A DNA stretch of 64,000 bases from NCBI GenBank assembly GCA_951406725.2, contig OX597838.1:10354001-10418000 (forward strand), read 5' to 3'. The position numbers and the translations under genes were made by a program. Below, in pieces: positions 12,350 to 24,250 of this stretch (the stretch's first letter is position 1; each line of letters begins with the position of its first letter). This stretch comes from Octopus vulgaris. Lineage: Eukaryota. The notes beneath the pieces were generated by a model. The model was given only the letters and a program-made list of their open reading frames with translations, was not told where the DNA came from and did no database searches.

Positions 12350-12716
12350 TTACTCTTTTACTTGTTTCAGTCATTTGACTGCGGTCATGCTGGAGCACCG
12401 CCTTTAATCGAGCAACTCGACCCCGGGACTTATTCTTTTTGTAAGCCCAGTAGTTATTCTATCGGTTCCCTGTTGCCGAACCGCTAAGTGACGGGGACGT
12501 AAACACACCAACATCGGTTGTCACGCAATGCTAGGGGGACAAACACAGACACACAAACACACACACGCATATATATATATATACATACGACGGGCTTCTT
12601 TTTCAGTTTCTGTCTACCAAATCCACTCACAAGGCTTTGGTCGGCCCGAGTCTATAGTAGAAGACACTTGCCCAAGATGCCACGCAGTGGGACTGAACCC
12701 GGAACCATGTGGTTGT
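12350..12716 (-). mobile_element. tRNA-derived SINE, family A
   Basis: Reverse complement of family A, head truncated. Confidence 0.85.
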
Positions 12717-13485
12717 GCCCGCCGTGGATTGTTGAAGAATTCTTACATGTTCCTAGGGCGAAGCTATATATAAAATAAGTCTTATATTTTCCCTCACTTT
12801 TTACACGCTGTTCGTAGTGTGACACATAATTAATGAAATGTTTTATTGAAAATAAACCTTTTGGATCGCTATGATTTTACGAATATCAAATACGAAATTA
12901 CTCTGAAATTATCGAATACTCCAACAACATATTTTTTAAGTATCGAAGATTACGAATCTTAGATAATAATAATTTGGAGGCGGTTTGTTCCCCGTTCCCC
13001 TTTCCCGTAGTTTCAGTTATTGACAGTGTCCGCAATTTTTTTTTTTTTCGAATTAATTTTCGAGAAACATAATCTCAGATGTTTAAAACAGGAAAAGATA
13101 CTGTGTGGTAAGGAGTTTAGTTCCCAAACACATGGTTCCGGGTTCAATCCCACTGCTTGGCAAGTGTCCTCTCCTGTAGCCTTCGGGCTAACTTAAAGCC
13201 TTATGAGTGGATTTGATTGACGGAAATTGAAAGAAATATATATAGATATATTATATATATTTTATTTGTTTCACTCATTAGATTGCGGCCATGCTGGAGC
13301 ACCACATCGAAAAAATTTTCAATCGAATGAATCAACTCTCTTATTTTATTTCTTTAAGACTGGTACTTAAGTTATAAGTCGCTTTTGCTGAACCGCTAAG
13401 TTACTGGGCGTAAACACACCAACACTTGTTGTCAAGTGGTAGTGGAAGACAAACACAGACACAAGGACATACACACATATATATG

Positions 13486-13522
<37 letters not shown>

Positions 13523-13544
13523 GTGAATTAGTGAATATATATAT

Positions 13545-13584
<40 letters not shown>

Positions 13585-14039
13585 CAATTTACAAGGCTTT
13601 GGTCGACCCGAGGCCATAGCAGAAGACACTTATGGAAGTTGCCTTGCGGTGGAACCGAACCTGGAACCATTTGCACACAACCACAATATATATGTGTGTG
13701 TGTCTGTGTTTGTCCCCCACCACTGCTTGACAATGTTGGTGTGTTTAAATTCTCATAACCTAGCAGTTTGGCAAAAGAGACCAATAGAATAAGTACCAGT
13801 ACTGGGGTCAACTAGTTCAATCAAAATTCTTCAAGGCGGCACCCCAACATGGCCACAGTCCAATGGCTAAAAGAAAATAAAAGATAAGACAGATAAAGCC
13901 ACTACAGAAAACCTTCAGAGAATTACAAAAGACTGCTGTCCCGATTGTTTTCCTTGTAGAGTCATCATCTATGATGCTTGAAATGTGCAGATTCAAAGAA
14001 ATTACAATTTTTAGCATCAAGTTCAAATCTGATTTAGCT

Positions 14040-14500
14040 TAGTTTCTAAGGCAGGATGCGCTACCTAACGCCAACTCCTTTACAATTTGTGCTGGGTGCT
14101 TTTAACATGGTGACACATGAGAACTTTTATGTAGCACCAGGCCGAGTGCTTTTTGCATGGCACTGGCACACAACTCTTGCAGGCCAATCTTTTTCACCAG
14201 GGAGAGTGGCCTTAACAGTTCTGCTGTGGAGGACGGGTTTTCTTGAGTACAATAAGGTACCAGGTATCTCAGTCCTTTGTCATCTCGTCTGAAATGTTCA
14301 GCATCCTGAAGTCATCCTCCCGTACTTCATCCCATGTCTTCTTTGGTCTCCCTCCTCTACGTTCTATCCTCTTTGAGAGATCGGCACTTCTTTATGCAGC
14401 TGTCTAGATCCATCCTCATCACACAATCAAACCAGTGCAGTCTTCTCTCTTGCACACTGCATCTAATTCCTCCTATGCCTAACTTCTTTCTCAATACACT
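14040..14500 (-). mobile_element. Decayed RTE-clade LINE 3' end
   Basis: Minus-strand LRKKLGIGGIRCSVQERRLHWFDCVMRMD...GGRPKKTWDEV, the RTE RRLxWxGHVxRM...RGRPxxTW motif. Confidence 0.75.
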
Positions 14501-15308
14501 AGTACTCTCTCGTCTGGCACCTGTGCAGGTGGCTCGTAAAAAGCACCCACTACACTCGCGGAGTGGTTGGCGTTAGGAAGGGCATTCAGCCGTAGAAACA
14601 CTGCCAGATCAGATCAGACTGGAGCCTGATGCAGCCTTCTGGCTTCCCAGACCCCAGTTGAACCATCCAACGCATGCTAGCATGGAAAACGGACGTTAAA
14701 CTATGATGATGATGATGTTACAGATCCAGTGGAGCATACTAGCATCATTCCTTCTCTAGTCTTTACATGTCCTCTGCATTCAGGGCCTGTATCTCACTAC
14801 CATGTCGAATTGTTGTTAGTTATTTGTAAATGAAAGTTACAAACGTCTTTCATAGCCATTGCTGCATTAACTTGATAACCTTGTCTCTCAATTAAGATGC
14901 GTAAGCATGCAACACTGAGCATATTAAATGCTACTAAACAGTACTAATCATGAAAACAAGCAAAGGAAAAGAAAGCGCTATAAAATAGTCCAAAACAAAT
15001 TTTATTCACTTGTTATCTCAACCTTTTACGTGTTCCTGTCATTGGATTGTATCTATGCCGAGACACTACCTTGAAGGATTTAGTTGAATAAAGAGAAAAT
15101 AAAAATAAAGGTAATAGAGATAAGACTAATGGTAATTGAAGGCAGTGGAAGTGGAGAGGAGAGTTAAGTCCATCAAGAATAAAGAAATGGAACATTTTGG
15201 AGTGGTCAGTATTGTGTTGTGTCCTTGTCAAAAGATGACCTGTGAGGTGCCTCTTGATTTGAGGTCATCTATTCAGTTCTCACAGGTGGTATGGTGTACA
15301 TACACATA

Positions 15309-15687
15309 TACTCTTTTACTTGTTTCAGTCATTTGACTGCGGCCAGGCTGGAGCACCGCCTTTAGTCGAGCAAATCGACCCCGGGACCTATTCTTTGTAA
15401 GCCCAGTACTTATTCTATCGGTCTCTTTTGCCGAACCGCTAAGTGACGGCGATGTAAACACACCAGCATCGGTTGTCAAACAATGCTAGGGGGACAAACA
15501 TACACATACATATATATATATATACGACAGGCTTCTTTCAGTTTCCGTCTACCATATCCACTCACAAGGCATTGGTTGGCCCGAGGCTATAGTAGAAGAC
15601 ACTTGCCCAAGATGCTACACAGTGGGACTGAACCCGGAACCATGTGGTTGGTTAGCAAGCTACTTACCACACATCCACTCCTGCGCC
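15309..15687 (-). mobile_element. tRNA-derived SINE, family A, full length
   Basis: Reverse complement of family A. Confidence 0.88.
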
Positions 15688-17199
15688 TATGTATACATAT
15701 ACACACATACACGTGCTTATATACTTACATGCCTCTTAACCATTACAACTTTGCATGTACACATATGGATTCATACAGTTATGCCAAACCAAATAAAACA
15801 ATTGTGTGGTTTAAAAGTGATTTAGCTGTTGATTTTAGCACATCTTAGGATCACCTCATACCGTCCTCGTTTTTTTTTGTTATCCTGACATGTATTGATG
15901 TTTTCAATATTTTTCTCCCCATAAAGACATTTAATAATCCATTGCTGGGATTTAAGCAAAAAATTCTGACTGTCCATAAGTTAAACTCTAATCTAAAAAA
16001 AAAAAAATTAAATTAGGAAAAGAGTGGAAATTTTAGGGTTTGGGGTGGGGTTTAAAACCACTTTTTTTTTTTTCATAATCGTATGAATTTTCTCGTTTAG
16101 AACGCAAATTCGCAAAAGTTTTCTTAAAATTCCAAAAAAATAAAATAGTTATGAGGGGTTACATGGGGTACATGGGGTACTTAGACCAGAATTCCGTCAC
16201 AAAATGTATTACTTTCGGCTTTAGGTTTCCAGTTTAAATGTTGCCGAAATCGACTTTGCTTTTCATCCTTTCGGAACCAATAAAATATGTACCAGGCGAC
16301 TACTGGGGGAGGAGGAGGGGGGGCGATGTAACCCCCCTCTTCCAAAATTCCAGGCTTTGTGCCTATCGTAGAAAGGATTATCATAAATACCGCTAAGCCA
16401 AATTTCTTGCAGTATTTAGTTCCCTTTATATTCTGATATAATCGCCAATAGCCTCCCTCTGAGACTACGTGACGTCATACAGTAGGAATGACTCTCAAGC
16501 TTTACTGCCTGAGTATTCCGTTCGTATCGAGATGTGCGGGCGTCGTGTCGTAAATGTTGTCGGTCAGCAGAGAGGTCGAGATTGTTGGTACTCGTAACTG
16601 GAGCAAAATTTGCATGCAGATCGGCACCCTCAGGGAAGTAGGAACAGGATGGCCTAGCGTCGTAGTGCGCTGCATCGACAATCCGGGGGTTAAGCTACTT
16701 TGGGTCTAGTTCGGTCTGGACATCCAGTTGGATAGGAAGAAGGACGAAGCGCAGTGGCCAATCTTACTCAGAAATGGGCTGAAAGGAAGCCATCTCTGAA
16801 AGACCCAAGTGACGGACGCTTGCGTCGCGTCCGTTATATGTTACTCTCGAAACCGCGATCCTACGACCGCGAATCCGCTGCCCTAACCACTGGGCCATTG
16901 CGCCTCCACTCTTTTAGTAGAGACCGTACCATGAAGGGCGGCTATCTGGAGGATTGTTAGCACGTTGGCTCGCTGGCTTTGTGATAGTAGTTCGAGCCGT
17001 GTGTTTCCTGAGTTCGAACTCCCAGCGGAATTGTTTTATTTTTTCTTTTCATGGTCGATAATCCCCGAGAACTGCGTTAAGGTTACACGTGTCTGTGGAG
17101 TGCTCAGCCACTTACACGTTAATTTCACGAGCAGGCTGTTCCGTTGATTCGGATCAACCGGAACCCTCGTCGTCGTAACCGACGGAGTGCTTCCACCAT

Positions 17200-17890
17200 A
17201 TGTTACACTCAACTGACTTGCCCTGTTCCAGCTTTTATCTGGACCTGCTATTTCAGTTTTTGTGGAAGTACCGCGTTTCTCTGGTCAGGCGGTCCATCTG
17301 TTGCCAACATTATGTGCACGGTGTACTCGGAATGCTGTGACTGATGGTGCGTTTAACAAACACCGTGGTTGCGAAATCTGCAGAAATTTCTAGGATGGTT
17401 GAGCTAGTGTCATTGCCGTTTATCAAACACGTATTTTTATACTGTTCGTCTCTTTGACAGAACTGCAATCTTGGTTCAAGCAAAGACCAAAACCTCTGGC
17501 CTCCGAAATCTTTTAGGCGCTCACAAACTCCTGTATGTCAGGTAATGCAGCCGATGGAACTTCCATGTGCGATTTCTGTAGATACCTAGGGGTAGAGAAG
17601 AGCAACAATATTGTCATATTGCCGGCGAGAATCAAATAGCTAGTCGAATTCAGAGAATTTTCGACCAGAGCACTATGGATAAATTCCAGAAATCATTAGC
17701 CCGACAGTGCTACAGAAGGGCATTGCTGGTTTGAAATAAACTTCACAGGTTCGGAAGTGCTATCAACTGGAACTGGTTCGAAATGTTCGCAGAGCGAAGG
17801 AACCGTTCTGCATGCATTCGTTCAGTGTCTGAGGATTGCTAAATTGTACAGTTGTATCTGACAACTGTTGTCGCGTCCAAGACGCATCCA
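17200..17890 (+). mobile_element. Decayed L1/Tx1-type LINE ORF2 fragment (zf-RVT region)
   Basis: ...MDKFQKSLARQCYRRAL...SKCSQSEGTVLHAFVQC resembles the C-terminal CCHC (ETxxHxxxxC) of L1/Tx1 ORF2; frameshifted. Confidence 0.55.
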
Positions 17891-18961
17891 GCATCACCCG
17901 TGTCCACATTGTGTGGCTTTACTGGCCACAAATGTTTCGTGTACAACATCTCGATTCTTTGACTGTTTAAATTATATTGAAATGGTAATACACGTGCCCT
18001 TTGGGCTCTATGGCACCATTTCAACCGTGACCATCCTGTCTATTTCCTTTAGTACTATGCACCACATTATCTATTGTAAAATAGTAGAATGTGATTTGAA
18101 GGTGATTCGACTGCTATTTCTAGCATATCTACTTGCAAAGGCTCCCTATTTATCTCGCCTGTGTACATTTTGTTGTCATAGTTCTAGACGGGCTATGATG
18201 AAAGGCATTCCAGTCATGACCATCCCTTCTTTCCAGGAGTTTTTAAGGCTACATCATCCAGTGTGTCCCTTCTTTTTAGGGCTACGTTATTCAGTATGTC
18301 CATACTATAGTCAAGACATTAGAGTGAGAACTGGCTGTTATTTCTAGCATGAACGAGCGCCTCCCTATCTCTAAAGTTCAGCTGACCATAAGTGGTCACC
18401 GTTGAGAGTATTTTGCAGTCTAGGTGCAAATAAATAAGCAAATATAATTGGTGCAATATATAGGCGCAGATGTGGCTGTGTGGTAAGAAGGTTGCTTCCC
18501 AACCACTGCGTGGCACGACCAAACCCTTGTGAATGGATTTGGTAGAAGGAACTGAAAGACGCCCTTCATATAAATGTGTGTGTATGTGTGAAGTCCTGGG
18601 GTCGATTTATTCGACCGAAATCCTTCAAGGTAGTGCTCCAGCATGGCCGCGGTCAAATGGCTTCAATAAAAGAATATATGAATGTAAAAAGGGTCTTGTT
18701 TAGTTAGTTCCACCGGTATCATCAGACAAAAGTCTCTGTTGTAAATATTAAATTAAAATTCCTTTTCTTGAAAATAAATCGTTGACAGTGACCCTTATGT
18801 CGAAGTCCCACATCTCAAGAAAAGGGGGGGGGCTTTTTTTCCTTGTATTTCATACAACAATAATTACGATTCTAAAAAAACATTGCAAAAATTTCAATTT
18901 TTTTCCTATGTAACATCGAACTTCGAAACGCAGAACTTATACATACACACACACACACACA

Positions 18962-19002
<41 letters not shown>

Positions 19003-19004
<2 letters not shown>

Positions 19005-19136
19005 ACGATTTGCCTCACCACACACCGAATTTAGAAATAGCAGTCAAAGAGTTTTGGCTATTCTTAAGTACTTAAGAATAGCCAAAACTCTTTGACTGCT
19101 ATTTCTAAATTCGGTGTGTGGTGAGGCAAATCGTTG
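19003..19136. repeat. Perfect 134-bp palindrome (67-bp arms, no spacer)
   Basis: CAACGATTTG...TCTTAAGT|ACTTAAGA...CAAATCGTTG; centre between 19069 and 19070. Confidence 0.97.
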
Positions 19137-19248
19137 CTAAACCCTTAATTACTTAGTATTTACTTAAACCTTCCTTGAATGGGGCTTTTACATGCCGAAC
19201 TCTACTTGGTGAAATTAATGATTATTCCAAATTAATTAATTTCACCCT

Positions 19249-19279
<31 letters not shown>

Positions 19280-19666
19280 TACATACACTCACAAACACAC
19301 ACATATATAATATAATATATATTCTTCCACTAAGCTTCAAATCATAATGTAACTTGTTCATCATATAGTTTTGAAATATTTTTCGAGATCGTTGTGAATA
19401 TGTTATTAATGAGATCCAACCGCGACCATTATCATCATCGTTATTATCAATTCAATCGTTATTATGACAGAATCGTTAGCATGCCGGACAAAGTGCTTGG
19501 CGGTATTTCGTCCGTCTTTATGTTCTAAGTTCAAATTCCACCGTGGTCGACTTTGCCTTCCATACATTCGTGGTCGATAAATTAAGTACCAGTTATGCAC
19601 TGGGGTCCATGTAATCGACTCAATCCCTTCACCCAAATTTGAAGCCCTGTTCTTCCAGCAGAAAGG

Positions 19667-19731
19667 ATTATTATTATTATTATTATTATATCATTATCAT
19701 CGTTATTATTATTATTATCATTATTATATTA

Positions 19732-19777
<46 letters not shown>

Positions 19778-20150
19778 ATCATCGTTATTATTATTATTAT
19801 CGTTATTATTATATTATTATTATTATTATTATATCATTATCATTATTATTATCATTATTATTATTATTATCATTATTATTATATTATTATTATTATTATT
19901 ATTATTATATCATTATCATTATTATTATCATTATTATTATTATCATCATTATTATTATTATCATTATTATTATTATTATTATTATTATCATCATTATTAT
20001 TATTATTATCATTATTATTATTATCGTTATTATTATCATTATCATTATTATTATTATATTATCATTATTATTATTATCATTATTATTATTATTATTATCG
20101 TTATTGTTATTATTATTATCGTTATTGTTATTATTATTATATTATCATTA

Positions 20151-20181
<31 letters not shown>

Positions 20182-20300
20182 TATTATTATATTATCATTA
20201 TCATTATTATATTATCATTATTATTATTATCATTATTATTATTATTATTATCGTTATTGTTATTATTATTATATTATCATTATTATTATTATTATTATTA
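19667..20300. repeat. ~630-bp (ATT/ATC)n microsatellite, expanded SINE-B tail
   Basis: Directly follows the AGAAAGG end of the SINE-B copy at 19466-19666. Confidence 0.95.
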
Positions 20301-20575
20301 AATACAACATAAATAAACCTAAAAAGTTTCTTTAAATGTTACTTTAGTATTTCTTACGATTCGTCAAAACAAGTTCGGAAAAAGTTTAGTTTCGTACTTT
20401 TCGTCTTATTCATTTATCCATTTATTATTTTTTTAGTTTTGTTTTCTGGTGTGATTTTTTTCTTTGTAAATTCATTAAAATTTCTAACGAAAAATTTTCC
20501 GACAAATAATTTTTTTTTTTTATTCTTCTTCACTGATTTTTTTTAAAAACTGATTTTATTTTTTTTTATTTGCAG

Positions 20576-20791
20576 CTGCTGTATTGGTTGCCACGTGATC
20601 ACTACATCCGGGTGATCGGCCATAGGAGAAATGGCGGTTGCCGTCGCAATTGTGTCGTCGGTTTCAGAGCAGAGAGAAGCGATCTAGTTGCAAGGAGGAG
20701 AAGGGAAAACAATGAATTTGAAGTGGTGCAAACGTACGCTTTCTCTTCCTGTTTGAACTGAATCAAGATACATCAAGCGATTTACACAAAT
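20576..20791 (+). promoter_or_regulatory. Pinin proximal promoter / 5' leader
   Basis: CpG-rich patch after an AT-rich tract, with reverse CCAAT (ATTGG), E-box CACGTG, ETS-like ACATCCGG and YY1-like AAATGGCGG clustered in 20583-20640. Confidence 0.6.
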
Positions 20792-22588
20792 ATGGCGGCC
20801 TTCGTTCGTGACTTCAACGTCTTACAACAAGAACTGGAGAAAACTAAAGAGAGCCTAAAAGATGTGGACGATAACATTAAGAAACTGACCGGTCGCGATC
20901 CGACCGAACCCGGTAGGACCGGACAGCAGCGAAGGATTCTTTTGGGATTTAACGAGCGCGGTACAACCGACCCGGCTCCCAATCGGAGCGGCAGAAAACG
21001 TGTGCTTCCTGTCGGCAAGTGGGCCGTCACCGAGGCCGATGCAGCCCCCCGGAAGAAGCGTGGAAACATCGCCAGCAGACTCGGTCCCCGACCCAGCCGG
21101 TCGTCGCAAGACAGCGGCGATGCAGACGAAATGGTGCGCAAACCTTCGGTGCCTTCGTCCGTGGTGGCCACATCCAGAGATTCGTTGACTCGTAAAGATA
21201 TGCTCGACGCCCAGGGCAAAGACGAGCGGGGCATGGCGAGGAACAAACGCATGTTCGGTCTTTTGTTGGGAACTTTACAAAAATTTAAAGACGAGGCCAA
21301 AGACAAGAAGGATAAACACGATCAACGGAAACGAGTGGAGCTGAAGTTGGAAGAAAAAGCTCAACAGGAAAAAGATGAAATTCGTAAAGAACGTGAACTT
21401 CTGTTTCAGATTCGTCGTGAGAAACAGACTAGGATTCGTTTATTAGAACAAAAAATGGAACTTGTTTCAACACACGAAAAATGTGAAGCAGAAATTCGCA
21501 AACTGACAAATTTTATTTGTACAAAAACTAAACCGTGCATCTTCTACTTACCGAAGGTCCACACCCCTGCCACCGAAAGTCGCCTGTCGGAGAGTACCAA
21601 AGTGGTGAACGAAATGATCGCCGAACGACGTCGGCGATTGACAGCCGAGATCAATGAACTCATGGGTCCCTCGTCTTTCGCACACTTGGCTGGCGATGAT
21701 GAGCATGGCCTGGACATGGAAGAAGACGACAGTGAGAATATTCCAGCTGGTCCCACAGGGAGAAGAGACGGTGGTGGGCCAGGAAGTGTTGACGGTGACA
21801 AACGTTATCCTATTCATTACCGCGGCAGTTCCGCAGGTAGCAAAGACTGGTCAAGGAACAAAGACAAAAAGACATCGTCTAAGAGGTCATCAGGTGGTGG
21901 TGGTGGTGGAGGAAATGATCATCATCAACATCATCAGGATTCTAAAACTGGTAAACACGGATGGGAGGTGCACCGAATGTCAAAATCTTGTAAAGATCAA
22001 CAGTCACAGATGCTGCAACAGGGTTCCACGGCCATCACCTCTTCCAGTGCAGTCTCTTCTAAGTCAGTTTCAAATAAATGGCAGTTGTTAATGGAAATGG
22101 ACAGTGGCTTAGAAGAGGACGAGGAACGGGTTGTAGTACCCAACACTGCAGTTCCAAACATAAGTCTGCCTTTGACACCACTACCGCCGACGTCGTCATC
22201 ATCTTCAGCTCTTGTAGCTCGACATGATGAAGAAGATGATGATGATGATGACAACCGTGACGACGAAGATGAAGAAGAAGGAGAAGGAGAAGAGCGCGGC
22301 GAACGTGGTGAGGCGGAAGAGGCTGGTGACAAAAGGGAAGTTTGTATAGAGGAAAATATTAATGGCACCGAGGACAGGCGCCTGGTAGATGCTAGCGGTG
22401 TTGCCAGCTGCCGGAGGGTCGTTTTGGCAGCAGATGTTGATGATGATGACGATGATGATGATGATGACGACGACGATGATGATAGAGGAGGCGGAGGTGG
22501 TGGTGGTGGTAATAATGAGGATGATGATGATGATGACAATGATGAGGAAGATGAAGGGGATGATAGCAATGATGTCCATAAACCCTAA
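20792..22588 (+). CDS. PNN: Pinin (EJC/PSAP-associated splicing factor), single uninterrupted ORF, 598 aa
   Basis: N-terminal LQQELEKTKESLKDVDDNIKKLTGRDP (Pinin_SDK_N-like) and RNKRMFGLLLGTLQKFKDE...FICTKTKPCIFYLPK (Pinin_SDK_memA-like, RSB motif); strong start context aaatATGG; acidic low-complexity C-terminus. Confidence 0.93.
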   Translation: MAAFVRDFNVLQQELEKTKESLKDVDDNIKKLTGRDPTEPGRTGQQRRILLGFNERGTTDPAPNRSGRKRVLPVGKWAVTEADAAPRKKRGNIASRLGPRPSRSSQDSGDADEMVRKPSVPSSVVATSRDSLTRKDMLDAQGKDERGMARNKRMFGLLLGTLQKFKDEAKDKKDKHDQRKRVELKLEEKAQQEKDEIRKERELLFQIRREKQTRIRLLEQKMELVSTHEKCEAEIRKLTNFICTKTKPCIFYLPKVHTPATESRLSESTKVVNEMIAERRRRLTAEINELMGPSSFAHLAGDDEHGLDMEEDDSENIPAGPTGRRDGGGPGSVDGDKRYPIHYRGSSAGSKDWSRNKDKKTSSKRSSGGGGGGGNDHHQHHQDSKTGKHGWEVHRMSKSCKDQQSQMLQQGSTAITSSSAVSSKSVSNKWQLLMEMDSGLEEDEERVVVPNTAVPNISLPLTPLPPTSSSSSALVARHDEEDDDDDDNRDDEDEEEGEGEERGERGEAEEAGDKREVCIEENINGTEDRRLVDASGVASCRRVVLAADVDDDDDDDDDDDDDDDRGGGGGGGGNNEDDDDDDNDEEDEGDDSNDVHKP

Positions 22589-23499
22589 TAACAAATGATG
22601 CAAACATAAAACAAACTCTACATACATTTGGTTTTGGTTTCATTAGATCTTTAATTTACCATATTTCATGTTTCATTATATTATTTTTAAAATTCGTATC
22701 TGATGTTTTTTTTTTTTTTTTGTTATTATTTTTATTTATATATTCTGATAATTGTTTCCCCCCACCCCACCCCAACCTCATTTCTTCAATGTTTTTCTTT
22801 GCCACACCCACCTCTCTCCTACCCACCCTCCAAAATTTCATTTGAGAGGTTTATAAGAATTGGTAAAAAACACGAAGATTAGACATAAGTTATTATTTCA
22901 ACCATGCTCGTTTATATATTTTTTGTAATCCTTTCATATAAACATATAATGTATCTTGGACTGTGTATGGTAACTGAAGTATGTTTAAATGTTTGACCAC
23001 AACAAAACACTCATAATTTATGGCGTGTGTGTATGTATGCATATGTGTATATATATATCTGAGAGCCTTGAACTTTTTGTTGGAATTTATTGTGGAGCAT
23101 TGAAAGTTAAACACAACTACTTTTATCCACTCATGCATTATATATATATGTGTGTGTATCATTGTTCAGTCTAAGAGGACAGATGCATAGGTGTGAGTGT
23201 ATCAGAATCACATTCCTCATTTAGTGTTTGATACACAAGCATTAAAATGAAATGCTGTTAAATGGCGTCAGTGTGAAGTTTTTGTAAAGGCCCATGAGTA
23301 AAAACATTTGTTATCAGCAACAGTATCAAGAGTGTGTTTGAACTGTCTTATATTTTACAGGTGTTGGTGCCAGTTTGCTGTTAAACCTGGTTCTGACAAC
23401 TTTGATTGCATCTAAACACCTTCGCTGCACTCATTAGCATTATTTAAACACCACCTTTGACAAACTATGTGATTTAATCTTTAAAGAAAAAGTATTGGT

Positions 23500-24250
23500 T
23501 GAGGGCAGGCTGGCAGATTTCTCTTCAATCACATAAGACGACAAGCTGGCAGAATCATAAGCATGTTGGGCAAAGCGCTTAGCAGTATTTCTTCCTGCGT
23601 ACTGTGTTCTGGGGTCAGCTTTGCTTTTCGTCATTTTTGGGGCTGATAAAATACGTACCAGTTGAGCACTGGGATTGATGTAATCAGCTTAACCTTTCCT
23701 TTAAAACTGCTGGCCTTGTGCAAAAATTTGAAACACTTAACTAAGGTAGTGCACTGGCTGAATAATTAGCATGCCAGGTAAAATGCTTGGCAGCATTTCA
23801 TCTGTCTTTACGTTCTGAGTTCAAATTCCGCTGAGGTGGACTTTGCCTTTTGGCCTTTTGGGGTCGATAAAAGAAGTACCAGTTACTCACAGGTCAATAT
23901 AATCAACTCCCCCAAAATTTTAGGCCTTGTACCTATAGTAGAAAGATTATTATTACAATTAAGGCTGCGAACTGTCCAGAATTGTTAGTATTCAGGGCAA
24001 AGTCCTTATTGGTGTTTTGTCCACCTCTATGTTCTGAGTTCAGATGCCATTGAGGTTGACTTCGTCTTTCAGCCCCTTCAGTCTCAATAAAATAGGTACC
24101 AGTTGAGCACCGGGATCAATGTAATCAACTTACTCCCTCCTCTAAAATTGCTGGCCTTGTGCCAAAATCTGAAACCATTATTATAATTAGGGTGTCAAGC
24201 TGGCAGAATAATTAATGCATCAGACAAAACATTTAGTGGTATTTCTTTCA
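23500..24250 (+). mobile_element. Head-to-tail array of tRNA-type SINE family B units
   Basis: Repeated ~200-bp unit (GAGCTGGCAGAATCGTTAGC...GTTCTGAGTTCAAATTCC...TTTGCCTTTCATCC...GGCCTTGTGCC...(ATT)n). Confidence 0.8.

Noticed and set aside
19639-20301. 220-aa hydrophobic ORF; also the YI/CV/LS-rich ORFs at 10354-10666, 28221-28688, 34812-36161 and 61702-62229
   Set aside because: Translations of microsatellites.
20782-21306. 174-aa antisense ORF over pinin
   Set aside because: Shadow of a GC-richer coding region, with no recognisable domain.
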